A stretch of 64,000 bases of DNA, taken from positions 42,160,001 through 42,224,000 of the forward strand of contig OZ076409.1 of the NCBI GenBank assembly GCA_964187785.1. Direction: 5' to 3'. The notes below the pieces were generated by a model. That model was not told the origin of the DNA, did not search any database, and saw only the letters and a list, made by a program, of their open reading frames with translations. The translations under genes were made by a program, and so were the position numbers. Of this stretch, positions 24,470 through 35,829 are shown piece after piece. How positions within the stretch are numbered: position 1 is the stretch's first letter; every line of letters begins with the position of its first letter. The stretch comes from Amphiscolops sp. MND2022 (taxonomy: Eukaryota).

Positions 24470-25378
24470 GGTGACCGGGAATAAGACCTAAAAGTTCAAA
24501 AGGAATAAGACCTAAAACAAAAAAGTAGTGGAATAAGACCTAAAAAAACAGGAATAATGCCTAAAATGCGGAATAAGACCTGAAAAATAGGACTAAGGCC
24601 TTAAATGCGGAATAAGACCTAAAAACTATTTTTTAAAAAAAAACATTTCGGGCCAAAATTAATTCCAAAATCTGAGGATTATTGCAATCAACACAGATAA
24701 CCATTGGGCATCGAAAAATATTGCAAAACGTGAAAAGAAAAAAAACCTCCAGCAAATGAAATTGAGGAAATCAACACAAAAAAAACATTAAATAAATTTT
24801 TCATCATTTCTTTCCTACCATTGATTTTATAAAATAGTCAGATCTCAAATCATTTTATTCGAGAAAAAATATTACCTTTCGTAAATGTCTCACAAAATTT
24901 TCAGTATTTTCCTCTTCTAATGTCGGGACATATCCGGTGTATGCACGCTCGCCCTCACCGTCGCAAAGACCAGCTCCCACTAGGATCGCTTTGCGATCTC
25001 CGTTCCCGCTAGGTCTTTGCTCCTGTTCGACCTCGCTTAGCAAGATGAGAACATAAGCGGCTCCAAGGGGCCGCGGGGCACTAGAAGAAATGGGGAAATA
25101 TCAGAGGCACATTTCATACTTTAAAAAACTTCAGACAAAATTCCTTTAAAGACTATTCTGTTCTCCTCTTGGGTATCATTCCGCATCTAGGTCTTATTCC
25201 CGTTTTTAGGTCTAATTCCCATGTTTTTAGATTTGTTTGTCGTTTTTAGGTCTTGTTTCGCTAATAAGTCTTCTTCCAAAAAGTAGAGAATAAGACCGAA
25301 CTTTTTGGTCTTATTCCTGAAAAATGAATTTTACTGTAGGTCTTATTCCCGTTTTCGATTTAGGTCTTATTCCGTTCC
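24470..25378. mobile_element. Foldback-type element with arms built from tandem ggaataagacctaaaa motifs
   Basis: About 7 direct copies of ggaataagacct at 24478-24625 and about 7 inverted copies (aggtcttattcc) at 25185-25375. No convincing TSD. Confidence 0.7.
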
Positions 25379-25479
25379 TCTGTAGATTTTGAATACTGAT
25401 ATTCATCCACGTGTTTTAAGTGCCCTGAAAAAGCATGCTCCTTTCAAAAGTGCTCTTCAAGAAAACTCACTTTTTAAAG

Positions 25480-26640
25480 AGACTTGGTTAGACGAGGAAT
25501 GCAAAAACTTACGTGAACGGCAGCTGGCCCCTTAAAAATACTCCAAAAATTCATCACTAGGGAATTGGTCTGCATATAGAAAACTACAATTTGTCGTCTG
25601 TCGTGGAAGAAAAACAAGAAAAATTTTCTTGGAATTGTTTTATCTCTTTCAAATCGTTGAAAGACCGCAGGAACTTTATAAACAACGTAAGTAGTCAATA
25701 TCAATCAGTTAACATTCAAGAAAATTCGTTTGGAGATTTGATTGTCGATGATAAGAAAATTGCGGAACACTTCGACATCATCTCAAAGCTTGGTCAATAT
25801 TTTGGTAGAGAGTATGAGAGTGCTCCTATATATAAGGCTGGTGATGAGTCGTTCAGCTTCTGCGCAATAATAGGAAACGATTATAATTTTCTGAAACAAA
25901 TAAATCCTCACAAACCAACTGGTACTTGACAAGTACCTGCATGGGCAATTACTGACGATCAACAAATCCTAGTCCCTCATCTGGCATTCATTTTGAATGA
26001 ATGCATTAGGGATTGTGTGTTCTCCTCAATCCTAAAAAGGCCAGTAATGACCCCAATTTTTGAAAAAGATGACATCTTGGACCAATTAAATTATTGCCCC
26101 CATTCCAATCACTACTCCGTTCTCTGAAATCCTCGAGAAATGTTTGCACAAACAAATAACTGCTTACGTGGAGAGTCGTGGGATACTCAGACCACTTCAA
26201 TTTGATTTCGATCGAAAGTTTCAGCGCAAGATGCTGTTTCGTATTTTATTGAAACAATCCAACACGAGATTGAAATTGGAAATATAGTAGGCGCCGTCCT
26301 ACTTGATCCATCAAAAGCACTAGACTCACTTTCACACCAAATTCTTCTCAAAACTCTCAGTGTTACTTTTTTCGCCTTCAGCGATACAAATCGTAAAAGT
26401 TTTCACAGGTCGATTGCAACAAGTGTCTGTAACTCGTGTTCTATCTGAATGGATTGAATTGAAACAAGGAGTTCCCCAAGGAACAGTCAAAGGACCGTTA
26501 TATTTCAACTTGTACGAGAAAGATCTTCCAGAACTTGTGAGCAAAACTGCTCATATATTACAGTGTGCTGACTATTGTTAAATTCTTTGTAGAGTTAAAA
26601 AAAATTCGAGATTGCTTTTGAAGTATTACAAGACTATATA
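25480..26640 (+). pseudogene. Degraded L2/CR1-like LINE RT
   Basis: KQINPHKPTG, ILEKCLHKQI, AVLLDPSKALDSLSH, LKQGVPQGTVKGPLYFNLY, ILQCADYC; broken reading frame. Confidence 0.88.
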
Positions 26641-27539
26641 TAATGTACAGCACAGGTTCCCAACAGGAGTACTTCTTATGCTTTTCCACGACCTTGTGAT
26701 GAGTCACTTGGTTTATTCTCTCCTGTTTTTCTTCAAAATTAGTTCTTCCCTATTGCTCTCCCTAGACAAATGATGAATTTGGTTTCGAAAAGCGTGTTTT
26801 TTGTTCAACTATCAAGACATCTTATGAATCGAGTAAGCATCACGCTAAGGCACGTGCCTACGCACGCGCTCTAAACGGTCACCTGAAAATACTAGGCTTC
26901 AAAATTACATGCTGATAAATTAATATTCACATGGCCGAATACGGCCTTTGGACAAATTATCAATCATTGATCACCAGTCGGAGTTGTCCGGAGACTGGTG
27001 TTTGTAAGCATAACTCTAATCTAATAAAGAGCACTTCAAACATCAATGATAAATATCATCCCCATTCATGAAAGGAACGGCTACACTTCGAACACATACA
27101 CAAATAGCATCCTGAACAATCCTAACTTTCATATTGGCACTCAGTAATTGGTCAGATGGACTTGACCGGCAAAAAATAGTATTTCACGCTAGCAGAGAGT
27201 AATGAGCTGTGATTGTTTAAGAATATACTGCCAAGCATCGTTGTCGTAAAAGTGCAGAACCGCATTTGAACTCGTTTCCGTACTTTCATTCAGTGTGTTA
27301 CACTTGCTTTTCAATTACAATTTAAATAAAGCTTTTAAAACAAAAATTACCAATCCAGCAAAATCGTTAACAGACTAATCCGAAATCTAAATGCAATAGT
27401 ATTACAAACTGAATCAGTTTGTACTAAAAAAAATTAGTTTATAACACCATAATAAACATCTAGTTTCCCATAAATAGGGAGAATTCGCGGCACTATCTCT
27501 TGTCCATCTGCTGTTGTGGAGTATCTAGTTCCGTCACAG

Positions 27540-29410
27540 GCGGCAGCCTGCGACAGCCACATACTCAAGTGAAAACTCTCTGACAAACTGAAATCGGTAT
27601 CATCTTTCTGAAGGGGTTTGCAGGGTTTTACTAGAACGCGTATGGGAGTGTGTGAGATCTAACTTCCTCTTTGAGATTGAATGAAGGCTTCCTTCTCTAG
27701 ATATAAAGACTTTCAAGGGCTAGAAGAGTCCATGAATCAGACACAGAGTCGACAATTCTAACATCAGCACGCACTTGTGAGGCTCCCTTGTGAGGTTCGT
27801 CATCCCATGCTTTTTCAGTCGCATTGGAGGTGTCGGACAGTTTGTCCAATGTAGGTACAAGCACAGGTTGGATACGTAATAGCATAAACGACGCAATCTT
27901 CGAGGAGAGGCCGGATGGGGACTTCAGAGAACCGAGTCCTCTTCCGGATGTAGTAAAAACGAAGAATACGAAGATTCAGGTAATAGCTTGGTCGGTTTCG
28001 CCTTGAAGTCATCATTGACTTTGTCCGTTGTTCAGGGGCCCTCATTAAGGAAAACTTCACTGCACCGGATACGTTGCGTTGTTGATATGACGAATTGGTT
28101 TAGCGTATGTGATAATTTTGTTAAGATTTGCATTGATGATTTGCTCCACGAATTGTTTCGGATTTTGATAGTTTCTCAGAAATGTATGAATTTCAGTGAG
28201 AGAACCACCGAAGAGTTTCAATTGCTGCTGGTCATATTTATTCAAAATGCCTGCTACCTGTTTTCTCTCGTAAAGGTCGATGCATGAAAATTAGGCAAGA
28301 CACCAGTGTCAGTATCCTCTTTGAACCAATGATTCACATGTCGGCTGATTTTTTTTCATGAAAGACAATGTTACCTTTGTTGTCAGGTTGTTCAGGGGTC
28401 CAATTCAAAGAGCTCTCATCACGCCATCCATAGATCGACCGTAGAATTTGATACAGGATCCAAGTTCAAAATGATCTTTGGAGATGAAAATATTAGCGAC
28501 CACTGAGCCAACAAAACTTCCCACGTTGACACTGTCGATTTGCTTGACGAATCCACTGTGTGTAAGCATGATAACATTCTTAGAAACCATTTCGAGAAGC
28601 ACCAGGATAAATACTCGGCTGATATTGGTGGGCGCATGGCAAGCGGTATATAATAGATCAGTTGTGTAACCTATGCTTTCAGTAGGGGGTACTTTGGGGA
28701 ACATGTTTTTAATAACAATACTCGCTGCAAATTCATCCTTTTCAAGTTAGGACGTTTGAATTGTTTCGAGGACTTCTCTTCTGTGTTGATATTCCCCTCA
28801 TGCAGTTTTTTAAATCTCAGCGGTGGAAACGGACAGTTTGCTGAACTTTTGCTAAGCCATACACTCCAGTAGTAGTAGAAGACCTAATTATGTATCTCTA
28901 CATAAACAGGTTGATGAAAGGGATTAGTTTGAGATCCCACTGGACATACGTTTCTACATGAAGCTTCTGAAATCAATCCTCTTTTTTGAGGATCAAGTAA
29001 TCTTTTGCAATATTTGGCCTCCTCTCTAACAATCAGGACAGACAATAAGGATGTTAATTCAACAATTGAAAAAACAATCAATACAGAAAAAAAAACTAAC
29101 AATTTTTAATTGCTATCAATCCCCCTCCCCAAGCAATGATTGCTATATTTCCAAATTCTGCCAAAATTTTAGATGATCATGTCGAAAGGCAAACCTTTTT
29201 TAAGAGGTGCAGAATGCGGACGGAAAAAAACAAGAGCGCTGTCAGTGTGGTGAAACATTGAAAAGACAGTAGGAATCTGGGATAGACCAACGACAGCTTC
29301 TTATTTTGCAACATCAGGACGCTGCCAAATAATTGCAAGAAAAATGCGATCTATTGCAAGCAATACTTTTAGATGCAACGTTGGGTTTTGTGACGAAGAA
29401 GGTTTAAGTG
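27540..29410 (-). mobile_element. Penelope-like element family 1, copy A (RT plus GIY-YIG, degraded, no nested insertions)
   Basis: YGLAKVQ, FPKVPPTESIGYTTDLLY, KQIDSVNVGSFVGSVVANIF, FYGRSMDGV (RT); VYAITYPTCACTYIGQTVRHL and LLALESLYI (GIY-YIG). Confidence 0.85.
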
Positions 29411-29662
29411 GTATATGTTGAAAACCTAAAACATATTTCCATCATTTCATGCTATGTTGTTTTAAAATTAGTCATATTTCATTCATGGTTAACTAAATGC
29501 TTTACCGCTTTTTCTTATTGTTGTTCATGCTTCAATCACTCTTTTTTCACTCACTCAACAAAAAGCAGTGCTTTCAAAAATATATTCTTTCTTAACAAAG
29601 TTTTGCTCTCCCGCGCAACATTATTTGGTACCTTGTGACCCGGGAAAAAGGAATTATTAAAA

Positions 29663-30720
29663 ATGGAAGCACTAATACGATCGAGAACAGGACACATCAG
29701 CACCGTCACAAGGACGGAAAACCAGCTGAAGACAATTCTGACAACAGCAGTCAGTCAATTGACGCTTCTCGAACTCACAACTTTGAAAGTTGGGTTGAAT
29801 AAGATGAAGATGCAAACAGAAAAGATTTCTGATATCAACAAACAGATTCAAGAGGAGCTTCAATCAGCTGAAGTAACTCCAGAACAATTGGAACAAGAAA
29901 CCAACAAAGTCTTTGATGTCGGATTCAAGTTAGAAACAATCACCAGCCATATTGAGACTGTAATTGCTCAATACGAAGCAGGATCAGATGCTGAACAACA
30001 ACCTCGAGACTACACGATTACAGAGCCTAATCGACAATCATCTGGATTGAAACTCCCAAAGATAAATTTGCCATGTTTTAATGGCAGATATTCGGATTGG
30101 ACGCCATTTTTTGACCTCTTCAAAGGCACTATTGATGGCAATGCTACTTTGAGTCCCATCCAAAAATTGCAGTACTTGAAAGCGTCACTTAAAGACGAGC
30201 CCGCTAAATTATTAGCTCACCTTCCTACGACAAGTGCTAACTATGAGGTTGCTGTTCGACTTTTAAAGCAAAGATATGCCAACAAACGTATGATCAGCTT
30301 CACGCACATGGACGCCATATTTGAGTTCAGGCCTTTGCAGCAAGAATCAGCGGAACAGCTACGAAAACTACTCAATGTTTACCTTGAGAACACAATGGCT
30401 CTTGACTCAATGGGTGTTGAGACTTGAGATTCTATATGGGTCTACACTATTGCGAAAAAGTTGGATCCAGAAACACGAAGATATTGGGAGCCCTGGCGAC
30501 GAGCTGCAGACCATGGAGCAAATGAAGACGTTTCTGGAAGAACGAACTCGTGCTCTTGAAGCAGCAGGACAGTCCAACAAACCATTACAAAAACCGAAGA
30601 AAAGAAACGAAAACGCACAAGATGTTCTAGTTTATCACAATAGTGGTAAGTCGAATATACCTGAATCTTGCCCTATATGCTCTGAAAAGCATAAGAACTA
30701 CCAATGTGAACAATTCAACA
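29663..30720 (+). mobile_element. BEL/Pao retrotransposon gag (DUF1759-type), truncated; PBS-like site at 29626-29645
   Basis: LKLPKINLPCFNGRYSDWTPFFDLF, KLQYLKASLKDEP, NYEVAVRLLKQRY and a CPICSEKHKNYQC knuckle; stop at 30425-30427; upstream aaca-ttatt-TGGTACCTTGTGACCCGGG. Confidence 0.9.
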
Positions 30721-32336
30721 GTATACTCTTGGCTAGAGTAGGTTTGTAAAAACCTAATACCTTTCGTGATATTCAATCTGCCCAGTTCCAGAAGTTATAC
30801 AACTTTTTCCACAATCAACCGAAACTCGCTCACAAAGTATCTGAACCTCGTGACATTGGAAATTGAGAGAAATTGAAGAAACGCTCCTGGATACTTCTGA
30901 AACACGTTGTTTTTGCGTGACCCGAGGTTCCAGTATGACAGATGTTGAATCTATGTTGTTAGATTGCTGTGATGAAGCCAAATTGTTGTGATAAACCTAA
31001 TAAATAGTTTCGGAGAAACATGCCTTCTACTAGAATTGCATCATCCAGTCAAGATGAAGGTGAGGTCTCGTCAAACCTGATTGAATGCACAGGAAAAGGG
31101 CTGTGGGACGTGGATCCCTACCTGGCTCTCAAAAAATACCCGAAGTATTCATGAATCGTCTTTTTTTATGTGGCTCCTGAGGTTTCGGAGCTTTGTGAGA
31201 AACAGTCCAAAGACCCCGAGCAATCCCCAATTACTGGTGAACTTTCCAGCCTATTATCCGCTGATTCTAACGAGCCGTATGGAAGGCGAGATAATGTCAG
31301 AAAATTCGGAGTGAAAGAAGCCACATACTCAAGTGAAAACATTTCTCACAAACTGAAATCAGTATCATCCTTCTGAAGGGGTTTGCAGGGTTTTACTAAA
31401 ACGCGTATTGGAGTGTGTGAGATCTGACTTCCTCTTTGGGATTGAATGAGGGCTTCCTTCTCTAGATATAAAGACTTTCAAGGGCTAGAAGAGTCCATGA
31501 ATCAGACACAGAGTCGACAATTCTAACATCAGCACGCACTTGTGAGGCTCCCTTGTGAGGTTTGTCATCCCATGCTTTTTCAGTCGCATTGGAGGTGTCG
31601 GACAGTTTGTCCAATGTAGGTACAAGCACAGGTTGGATACGTAATAGCATAAACGACGCAATCTTCGAGGAGAGGCCGGATGGGGACTTCAGAGAACCGA
31701 GTCCTCTTCCGGATACAGTAAAAACGAAGAATACGAAGATTCAGGTAATAGCTTGGTCAGTTTCGCCTTGAAGTCATCATTGACTTTGTCCGTTGTTCAG
31801 GGGCCCTCATTAAGGAAAACTTCACTGCACCGGATACGTTGCGTTGTTGATATGACGAATTGGTTTAGCGTATGTGATAATTTTGTTAAGATTTGCATTG
31901 ATGATTTGCTCCACGAATTGTTTCGGATTTTGATAGTTTCTCAGAAATGTATGAATTTCAGTGAGAGAACCACCGAAGAGTTTCAATTGCTGCTGGTCAT
32001 ATTTATTCAAAATGCCTGCTACCTGTTTTCTCTCGTAAACGCGTGAAAATTAGTCAAGACACCAGTGTCATTAGCCTCTTTGAACCAAAGATTCACCTGT
32101 CGGCTGATTTTTTTTCAAAAAAGACAACGTTACCTTGGTTGTCAGGTTGCTCAGGGTCCATTTCAAAAAGTTCTCATCACGTCATCCAAATATCGACCGT
32201 AGAATTTGACACAGGATCCAAGTTCAAAATGATATTTGGAGATGAAAATATTAGCGACCACTGAGCCAACAAAACTTCCCACGTTGACACTGTCGATTTG
32301 CTTGACGTATCCAAAGTGTGTAAGCATGATAACATT

Positions 32337-32752
32337 TACCAAAATTGAAAGGCCCAATTTCGACGTTCATGAGATCCAAAGTGGCCTACCAAATGACCTG
32401 TAGATGTCAGTCTACCCATGTCGGCCAAACTATCCGACATTTGACCACGATGATCACGGAACATGAAGAGGGAATCAACACTAATATAAACTGCTCACGT
32501 TGGAGGCTCTTTATATTACAAAACTGAAACCGAAGGTGAACGCACGCGAGGAGTACAGACAGAGGGAGCTATCTGTCAGAATCTAGTCCTGGGGATCCAG
32601 GCTTTTGTATCACGGTGCTTTTCAGCCCTAAAATTATTTATTTTTGCTGCTTCTCTGATGTCTATTTTTCTCATTTTTATACATTTTGGTTACTTTCAGT
32701 TCTGATGATGAGTGTAAACTCGAAAACGTTCAACTGCCTTCGTTTTTTATTC
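32337..32752 (+). mobile_element. 5'-truncated PLE family 2 (GIY-YIG end plus 3' region) inserted into PLE1 with a 12-bp TSD
   Basis: RSKVAYQMTCRCQSTHVGQTIRHLTT...LLTLEALYITKLKPKVNAREEY; TSD catgataacatt at 32325-32336 and 32753-32764; empty site at 28567-28578. Confidence 0.85.
32697..32736 (+). ncRNA. Minimal type I hammerhead ribozyme
   Basis: cagtt-CTGATGA-T-gagt(gtaa)actc-GAAA-acgt-TC-aactg: stem I cagtt/aactg, stem II gagt/actc, palindromic stem III aacgtt, predicted cleavage after C32731. Confidence 0.85.
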
Positions 32753-33075
32753 CATGATAACATTCGTAGAAACCATTTCGAGATGCACCAGGATAAATAC
32801 TCGGCTGATATTGGTGAGCGCATGGCAAGGGGCTTATAATAGATCAGTTGTGTAGCCTATGCTTTCACTAAGGGGTACTTTGGGGAACAGGTTTTTGATA
32901 ACAAGACTCGGTGCAATTTCATCCTTTTCAAGTTAGGACGTTTGAATTGTTCCAAGGACTTCTCTTCTGTGTTGATATTATGCCTCATGCAGTTTTTAAA
33001 TCTCAGCGGGGGAAACGGACAATGTGCTGAACTTTTGCTAAGCCATACACTCTAATAGTAGTAGAAGACTTAATT

Positions 33076-34676
33076 GCCAATTATTACCTTTGTAATTTCT
33101 TCTTTTTTATTTAATTTACCATAAAAATACATAAGGACCGCGCGTACTGAAACCGGAGTTTGGTGTTGTAAGAGAAAATACTTTTTTGCCCTTATTACAT
33201 GGCGGGCGTGTCAGTGAAAAGAGTTTGGGTGTCAGTACGCTGCAAGCTGCAGAGCCTCCTTACAGTGTCAATAACGATCCTATAAAGTAAATTTGGAAAA
33301 CATCGGTAAGTGGAGGGTAATTTACAAATTAGGACAATGTATCTCAAACTTTATTGATCGTCAAAAATTATTACTTGGTTTTGCGAGGAGCACCCGAGGG
33401 ATTGTCAGAGTTATGACAGCCCTCCCTCGTGAACTATGGCACTGATAGATGACTCTACGATTGCTTGTTGGCGGCGTGTCGCTCTGCAGCCTCTGAAACA
33501 GAGGACGGAACTACGTAGAAGAGCAAAACTTATCTTAGTTCTAATGTAGCTGATCGCGTCGGCGTAGCTCTCTGTACCTTTTTCGTTGATTTTTGCAGCA
33601 AGTCGAGTAATTACTTTTGTGGCTGATGGTCCGGCGCCACCTGTACATGCAAAGACTAGGGGGTTAAAGGTGCTTTTTTCCACATTTATAATTCTGGACT
33701 CGTATTTGAGTTTCTTTTGAGATTCGTGAAATTTGTATGCCTCGTTGACATTTTTGGGACATGTTCTAGCGAGCGGATTAAAAATCTTGACGTCGAAAAA
33801 AGTTCTACAGAAACGAGAATCCCAAAGTCCGTTTGCTTTAATGTCTAGTCTCGCCTCATCTTCAGTTGTCGTTGTTTTATGGACGAAGGACTCACCTTCC
33901 AAAGGCTGAAGTTTCGGCTCGATTTCGACATCATAGCAGACCTCTTTCATAACGGAGGCAAACGTGTCGCGGATTTCATTGTGTCGCATTTGGTTGTACC
34001 CTCCTTTGTTGCATTGAAGGGAATGCGACAGGCTGAAAGACTCTCCACAGGGACATATTGACGGTGTTTTTAGTGGTTCCCACCCATAGCGCAGAGCCAA
34101 ACCGTCGCGGAATTCTGTTTTCGACAGATCAAAGTGATATCGTTTGAGTGGTAGCGTGTTCAACCAGCTAGATGCACCTTTTTCAATTGACAGATCTAGT
34201 GCGTAGCGTTGATTTTCATCGAGTTTTTCCTTCAAGATTGATATCTTTCCTTTGATTTTTGCGGACTTCTCTTTTCTAACTTGTTTCACGATTGAAGACT
34301 GTTGAGCTTCCGCGTCCTCGTCATTGTCCAAACATGCTGCCATTTGTCTCGACCAGTTCAATTCTTCTACTCTGTCTTCAGGATGTACTATGTTAAGTCC
34401 ACCATCCCTCACAGGCAGGGAGAAAAGAGAACGTTCCTCGTCCGTGATGTTACTTCTGCCGGTTATTGCTGGGATCAGGTTTTCCTTGATCTTTCTTTCC
34501 GTTTCTTCGAGATTTTCTATGAAATTAGGAGTCGTGCGTGAGAGAAAAGTCACTTTGTTTTGAAGACCTTTGGTGAAGCAGTGAAATACATTTTGTGGAA
34601 AAATTTTTGAGTGTTTCGACAACTTCTCTACGATCTGATTGTATTCACTTTGTTTATGGTCTCTGAATTTTTCACA
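33076..34676 (-). mobile_element. 5'-truncated CRE-clade non-LTR retrotransposon with a 13-bp TSD
   Basis: TSD agaagacttaatt at 33063-33075 and 34677-34689; empty sites at 38952-38964 and ~28877-28889. Confidence 0.88.
33411..34676 (-). CDS. C-terminal part of a CRE-clade ORF: RT thumb, CCHC knuckle and restriction-like endonuclease; frame open to the truncation point
   Basis: LPVRDGGLNI, EKGASSWLNTLP, FRDGLALRYG, CPCGESFSLSHSLQC...RHNEIRD, RLDIKANGLW...FFDVKIFNP, KKLKY, FNPLVFACTGG. Confidence 0.9.
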   Translation of the reverse strand, partial: CEKFRDHKQSEYNQIVEKLSKHSKIFPQNVFHCFTKGLQNKVTFLSRTTPNFIENLEETERKIKENLIPAITGRSNITDEERSLFSLPVRDGGLNIVHPEDRVEELNWSRQMAACLDNDEDAEAQQSSIVKQVRKEKSAKIKGKISILKEKLDENQRYALDLSIEKGASSWLNTLPLKRYHFDLSKTEFRDGLALRYGWEPLKTPSICPCGESFSLSHSLQCNKGGYNQMRHNEIRDTFASVMKEVCYDVEIEPKLQPLEGESFVHKTTTTEDEARLDIKANGLWDSRFCRTFFDVKIFNPLARTCPKNVNEAYKFHESQKKLKYESRIINVEKSTFNPLVFACTGGAGPSATKVITRLAAKINEKGTESYADAISYIRTKISFALLRSSVLCFRGCRATRRQQAIVESSISAIVHEGGLS

Positions 34677-35829
34677 AGAAGACTTAATTATGTATGTCTA
34701 CATAAACAGGTTGATGAAAGGGATTAGTTTGAGATCCCACTGGACTACATGAAGTTTCTAAATGAAGCTTCTGAAATCAATCCTCTTTTTCGAGGATCTA
34801 ATAATCATTTGCAATATTTGGCCTCCTCTCTGACAACCAGGACAGACAATAAGGATGTTAATTCAACAATTGAAAAAACAATCATTACAATAAAAAACTA
34901 ACAATTATCAATTACTATCAATACCCCTCCCCAAGCATTGATTGCTAAATTTCCATATTTTGCCAAAATTTTAGATGACCACGTCGAAAGGCAGACCCTT
35001 TTTAAGAGGTGCAGAACGCGGACGGAAAAGAACAAGAGCGCTGTAAGTATGGTGAAACATTGAAATGACAGTAGGAATCTGGGATAGATCTCCGAATGCA
35101 CTATTTATTCTATTGTCCAAATTATTGTAATTTCAGACCCTTTCATCTCAATTCTCTTGATCTTTTCCTTTCTGATGACTGTGCCATTATTAGAAATTTC
35201 ATCTCCGGTACAAATATTATTTAATGAACTGAAACTGCCGTAGGCGATCCTGCCTAACATGTATGCTTCCACTATATTGTAACTGTTCTTAAATTGTTCT
35301 GTTTCATACCTGCCCGCAAAGAGGGGCTTCATTTTAGAATTTAGAATATATATAATATATTATCTTGCAACGTCAGGACGCTGCCAAATTGCAAGAAGGA
35401 AAATGCGATCTACTGCAAGCAATACTTTTAGATGCAACGTTGGGTTTTGTGACGAAGAATGTTTAAGTTGTAAACTATATGGCCATGCCTCAATGTTGCT
35501 ACTTGGCGAAGGGAGCGAAGCGACCGAGCCATACAACAAATAAGCTAACCTCTTTAAATATATCAGTTAATTGGCGAAGGGAGCTTAATGTTGCTACTTG
35601 GCGAAGGGAGCGAAGCGACCGAGCCATACAACAAATAAGCTAACCTCTTTAAATATATCAGTTAATTGATCACCTTCATCAACCCATTTGGTCGACACTT
35701 TTGTCGCCCATGTGACCGACGCCATATTGTTGCCCAAATGGCTGGTGACGAAATGTCCCTGACCCGCTATGAAAGTGGGACACCAAATATCAAAAATAGA
35801 CATCAACATATGTCACTGGGTACCTAGCA

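Larger units (their letters stand above)
30722..35480 (-). mobile_element. PLE family 1, copy B, with a downstream repeat block (30722-31320) and three nested insertions
   Basis: 31320-32040 is near-identical to 27555-28280. Block 30722-31320 recurs at 39495-40090, upstream of copy C's RT, consistent with the partial-tandem (pseudo-LTR) architecture of PLEs. Confidence 0.8.
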
